Origin: Chloroflexota bacterium
GTDB lineage: Bacteria; Chloroflexota; Anaerolineae; Aggregatilineales; Phototrophicaceae
DNA: 64,000 nucleotides
Direction: 5' to 3'
NCBI GenBank assembly: GCA_009841405.1
Contig: VXLV01000115.1
Coordinates: 3,630 to 67,629 of the forward strand
Below, in pieces: positions 61,607 through 64,000 of the stretch (the stretch's first letter is position 1; the number at the start of each line of letters is the position of its first letter). The notes beneath the pieces were generated by a model that had not been told where the DNA came from, searched no databases, and saw only the letters and a list, made by a program, of their open reading frames with translations. A program made the position numbers and the translations under genes.

Positions 61607-62725
61607 TTGACTGAGTTTCCGCTGTTGAAGAATTTCATTAATGCAGAGCTCGTCGGGCAGATTGCCGACCGAATTACGCTTGTTTATCCGGCATTTGAAC
61701 GCGATGAATTTGTAAGGGCGACCGCGGCGGAGTTGCCGGGTTTGGAGCTGAAGCAGCGCTTCGCCTGCATAGCCGACAAATTGCGCGAATTCTTGCCGGA
61801 CGACTATCCGACGGCGCTGGCGATACTGGTCGAGATACTGGATGCGGGCGACGGCCGCTTTTTGCAGATTGAAGACGCCGCTTTTCGGCTGCTGCCGATA
61901 CCGACATTCGTCTACCGTCACGGGCTTGACCATCCCGAAGCGTCACTGGACGCGATGTACATGATCACGCGGTTTACGTCATGCGAGGGGGCGATTCGAC
62001 CATATATCATTCATCACACGCTTGCAACCATGAAACGCCTCCATGAATGGGCGCTGGACGAAAACGAGCATGTGCGCCGCCTGGTCAGCGAGGGCAGCCG
62101 GCCGCGTTTGCCCTGGTGGCCGCCGCTGCGCCAGTTCATCGCTGACCCGGCGCCAACGCTGGCGCTGCTGGAACTGCTGAAAGACGACCCTTCTCTTTAT
62201 GTGCGGCGTTCGGTAGCCAACCATTTGAATGATATCAGCAAGGATCATCCGGAACTGCTGCTGAATCGCATGGAAGCCTGGTCGAAAGGCGCCAGCGAAG
62301 AGCGGCTCTGGCTGATCAATCATGCGCTGCGTACCTTGGTCAAACGCGGCGATCAGCGCGCGCTGGCGATCCTGGGATTCGGCGCCCCGGATGTCGAAAT
62401 GCGCGGCCTCGCGCTGCAGCCGGCGCGGCTGCAATTCGGCGATTCGCTCGAGTTTTCGTTTGAGCTTGTGAATCGCAATGATGCTGTACGCAAACTGATG
62501 ATCGACTTCGTGATGCACTTTCGCAAAGCCAATGGAATTACCGCGCCAAAGGTATTCAAGTTACGGAAGGCGCGGCTGGCGGCGGGCGCGACGCTGTCCG
62601 TCAAAAAGACGATGGCGATCAGGCCGATCTCGACGCGCAAGTATTATCCCGGGCGTCAGCTGCTGGAGATTCAAGTCAACGGGCGTATCCTGGGCGGCGC
62701 TGACTTCGAGCTTGTGATGGATTGA
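61607..62725 (+). CDS. DNA alkylation repair protein (HEAT-like repeat glycosylase family, AlkC-like length)
   Basis: HVRRLVSEGSRPRLPWWPPL...DPSLYVRRSVANHLNDISKDHPELL is characteristic of the AlkC/AlkD HEAT-like repeat family. An extra ~110-aa beta-rich C-terminus is present. TTG start. Confidence 0.75.
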   Translation: MTEFPLLKNFINAELVGQIADRITLVYPAFERDEFVRATAAELPGLELKQRFACIADKLREFLPDDYPTALAILVEILDAGDGRFLQIEDAAFRLLPIPTFVYRHGLDHPEASLDAMYMITRFTSCEGAIRPYIIHHTLATMKRLHEWALDENEHVRRLVSEGSRPRLPWWPPLRQFIADPAPTLALLELLKDDPSLYVRRSVANHLNDISKDHPELLLNRMEAWSKGASEERLWLINHALRTLVKRGDQRALAILGFGAPDVEMRGLALQPARLQFGDSLEFSFELVNRNDAVRKLMIDFVMHFRKANGITAPKVFKLRKARLAAGATLSVKKTMAIRPISTRKYYPGRQLLEIQVNGRILGGADFELVMD

Positions 62726-62771
62726 GGCGGGCGTTACACTCCGGCAAAATCGCCTGCAGGAGATCGCCGCG

Positions 62772-64000
62772 ATGCCAGCCCCAGCCTCAAAACTATTCAC
62801 GCCCCTGCCCCTCGACAACTGCTTCAATTGCGAGCGCGAGACTCTGGACGAAAGTCTGCGCTTGCGCGCTGACGATGCCTTTGGGCGTCAGTCGTTCCGC
62901 GGCATTCCCTTCGCGCTGGGCGTTGCCAACCAGCCTAACGCCATATTGCTTGATGGCAACGAAGTTAGCGTGGCCGCAGGCGGCCAGCGGGCGACTTATT
63001 TCGTCTTCGCCCATATCGTGGAGGACGAGGAAGAGGCGCTCCCAGACGATTTGCGAGACGCGCCGGACTGGCTGGCCAAATCGGGCAACACGCTAGGCGA
63101 CTTGGTGGCCGAGTACCGGCTGGTCTACAGCGATGGCGAGACGGCGGCGCTGCCAATTCGGCGGCGCTTCGCCATCCAGCAGGCGCGCACCGGCTGGGGC
63201 GCCAGCCCGTTCGCCGCCGTGACACATCAGAATGACACTGTCGAAGGCAGCACAGCGGAAGCATTCGCGCTGGGGCGCAAGCCCGCCGAGCCCTACGGGT
63301 CTGGCGAAACGCGCCATAGCAGCGGACGCGACGCGCACGACGAACATATTTGGCTCTACGCCCTGCCCAACCCGCATCCGGAGAAGCCTGTGCGCGAAAT
63401 TCGCCTGAGGGGGAATGGCGAGCGCGCCCTGGTCTTCGGCGTCAGCGCGACTCAAGTTGAGGCGCATCCGCTGCGGGCGCGGACGCGGCGCAAGCTGGCC
63501 CTGACGCTGCCGGATGGCGTCGGCTTCAACGCGATTGGCGAGTTGGAGGGGGTCGATATTGACCTGGGCACGGTGATATCAGCGCGGGCGCGGCTGGATT
63601 ACGAGCGCGAGGCCTGGTTCGGCGACGCCATGAACGCGCAGCCGCAGCCGTCAAATAATGTGGCGATCATCGAATACGCGGCGCATCCGCAGGCCGTGCT
63701 GTATCTGAACGGGGAGAATGGCGAAAACCATACTTATGACTTGAGCGATCTGACAGGCGGCGCGTTGGAAGTGGCCGAGGCGCGACAGCTCGTTCGCGTC
63801 CGCATATTGGATGAGGCCGGGCGCGAGGTGGCGGCGCGGGTTCATTTTCATGGCGCGCAGGGGGAGTACCTGCCGCCGCGCGGCAATCACCGCAAAGTTA
63901 ACCGCCACTGGTTTGAAGACAATTATGGCGAGTTCGTCAACGGGCTGAATCAGTACGCGTATATCCCCGGCAGCTGCGAATTGGAAGCGCCACTGGGCGA
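62772..64000 (+). CDS. Hypothetical protein, N-terminal 409 codons; continues beyond the window
   Basis: The frame is uninterrupted from the ATG at 62772 to the window end (my own translation: MPAPASKLFTPLPLDNCFNCERETL...HFHGAQGEYLPPRGNHRKVNRHWFEDNYGEFVNG...). Not in the ORF track because it has no stop. No family recognised. Confidence 0.55.
   Translation, partial: MPAPASKLFTPLPLDNCFNCERETLDESLRLRADDAFGRQSFRGIPFALGVANQPNAILLDGNEVSVAAGGQRATYFVFAHIVEDEEEALPDDLRDAPDWLAKSGNTLGDLVAEYRLVYSDGETAALPIRRRFAIQQARTGWGASPFAAVTHQNDTVEGSTAEAFALGRKPAEPYGSGETRHSSGRDAHDEHIWLYALPNPHPEKPVREIRLRGNGERALVFGVSATQVEAHPLRARTRRKLALTLPDGVGFNAIGELEGVDIDLGTVISARARLDYEREAWFGDAMNAQPQPSNNVAIIEYAAHPQAVLYLNGENGENHTYDLSDLTGGALEVAEARQLVRVRILDEAGREVAARVHFHGAQGEYLPPRGNHRKVNRHWFEDNYGEFVNGLNQYAYIPGSCELEAPLG

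Overview
High-GC bacterial chromosomal window. Hand-counted 60-nt lines in ordinary genes give about 58-73% G+C. It is densely coding on both strands. I saw no rRNA, CRISPR array, transposase or integrase.

Layout:
- 1-6.3 kb: distal half of a dcw cluster (murG fragment, murC, murB, ftsQ, ftsA, ftsZ).
- 6.7-14.8 kb: class II ribonucleotide reductase behind a long AT-rich leader, a DUF218 protein, an arginase-family protein, infC-rpmI-rplT, a TrmH-type methyltransferase and lpdA.
- 14.8-22 kb: tightly packed minus-strand operon. It encodes a membrane-anchored HdrD/DsrK-like Fe-S protein, a GNAT, two tandem paralogous GT-C-type membrane glycosyltransferases and a methyltransferase.
- 22-36.7 kb: housekeeping and accessory enzymes (hisS, malQ, tadA, LOG, an orphan solute-binding protein, ADP-ribosylglycohydrolase, coaX, an M20 peptidase, an EEP nuclease/phosphatase) plus tRNA-Ser(CGA) and tRNA-Asn(GTT).
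- 36.7-40.5 kb: minus-strand run of DUF218, Uma2, family-4 UDG, NUDIX and RNase D.
- 40.6-59 kb: corA, then a large respiratory block. It holds a cytochrome c, Rieske, fused cytochrome b, di-heme and mono-heme cytochromes c, and a complete System I cytochrome c maturation set (ccmE-F-H-G, two unusual extra genes, ccmA-B-C).
- 59-64 kb: ArsA/Get3-like ATPase, a VOC protein, an AlkC-like DNA alkylation repair protein and an unknown ORF running off the window.

The most interesting locus is a clearly lower-GC (about 40-47%) single-gene island at 42.3-44.3 kb. It lies between the cytochrome c gene and the Rieske/cytochrome b genes. It encodes an ABC-type ATPase fused to a TOPRIM-like domain, an OLD-family or fused-PARIS-like candidate defence gene.

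Other points worth a second look:
- a Cys/Phe variant CcmE that co-occurs with CcmH;
- CcmI-like modules, one of them on a cytochrome c lipoprotein, inside the ccm operon;
- a roughly 220-aa extension on cytochrome b;
- three families of short intergenic repeats: 9-nt tandem arrays, GTAG-headed REP-like palindromes and a C/G-run hairpin element.

Gene content and repeat style look Chloroflexota-like. That is only an impression and I cannot verify it without a database search.
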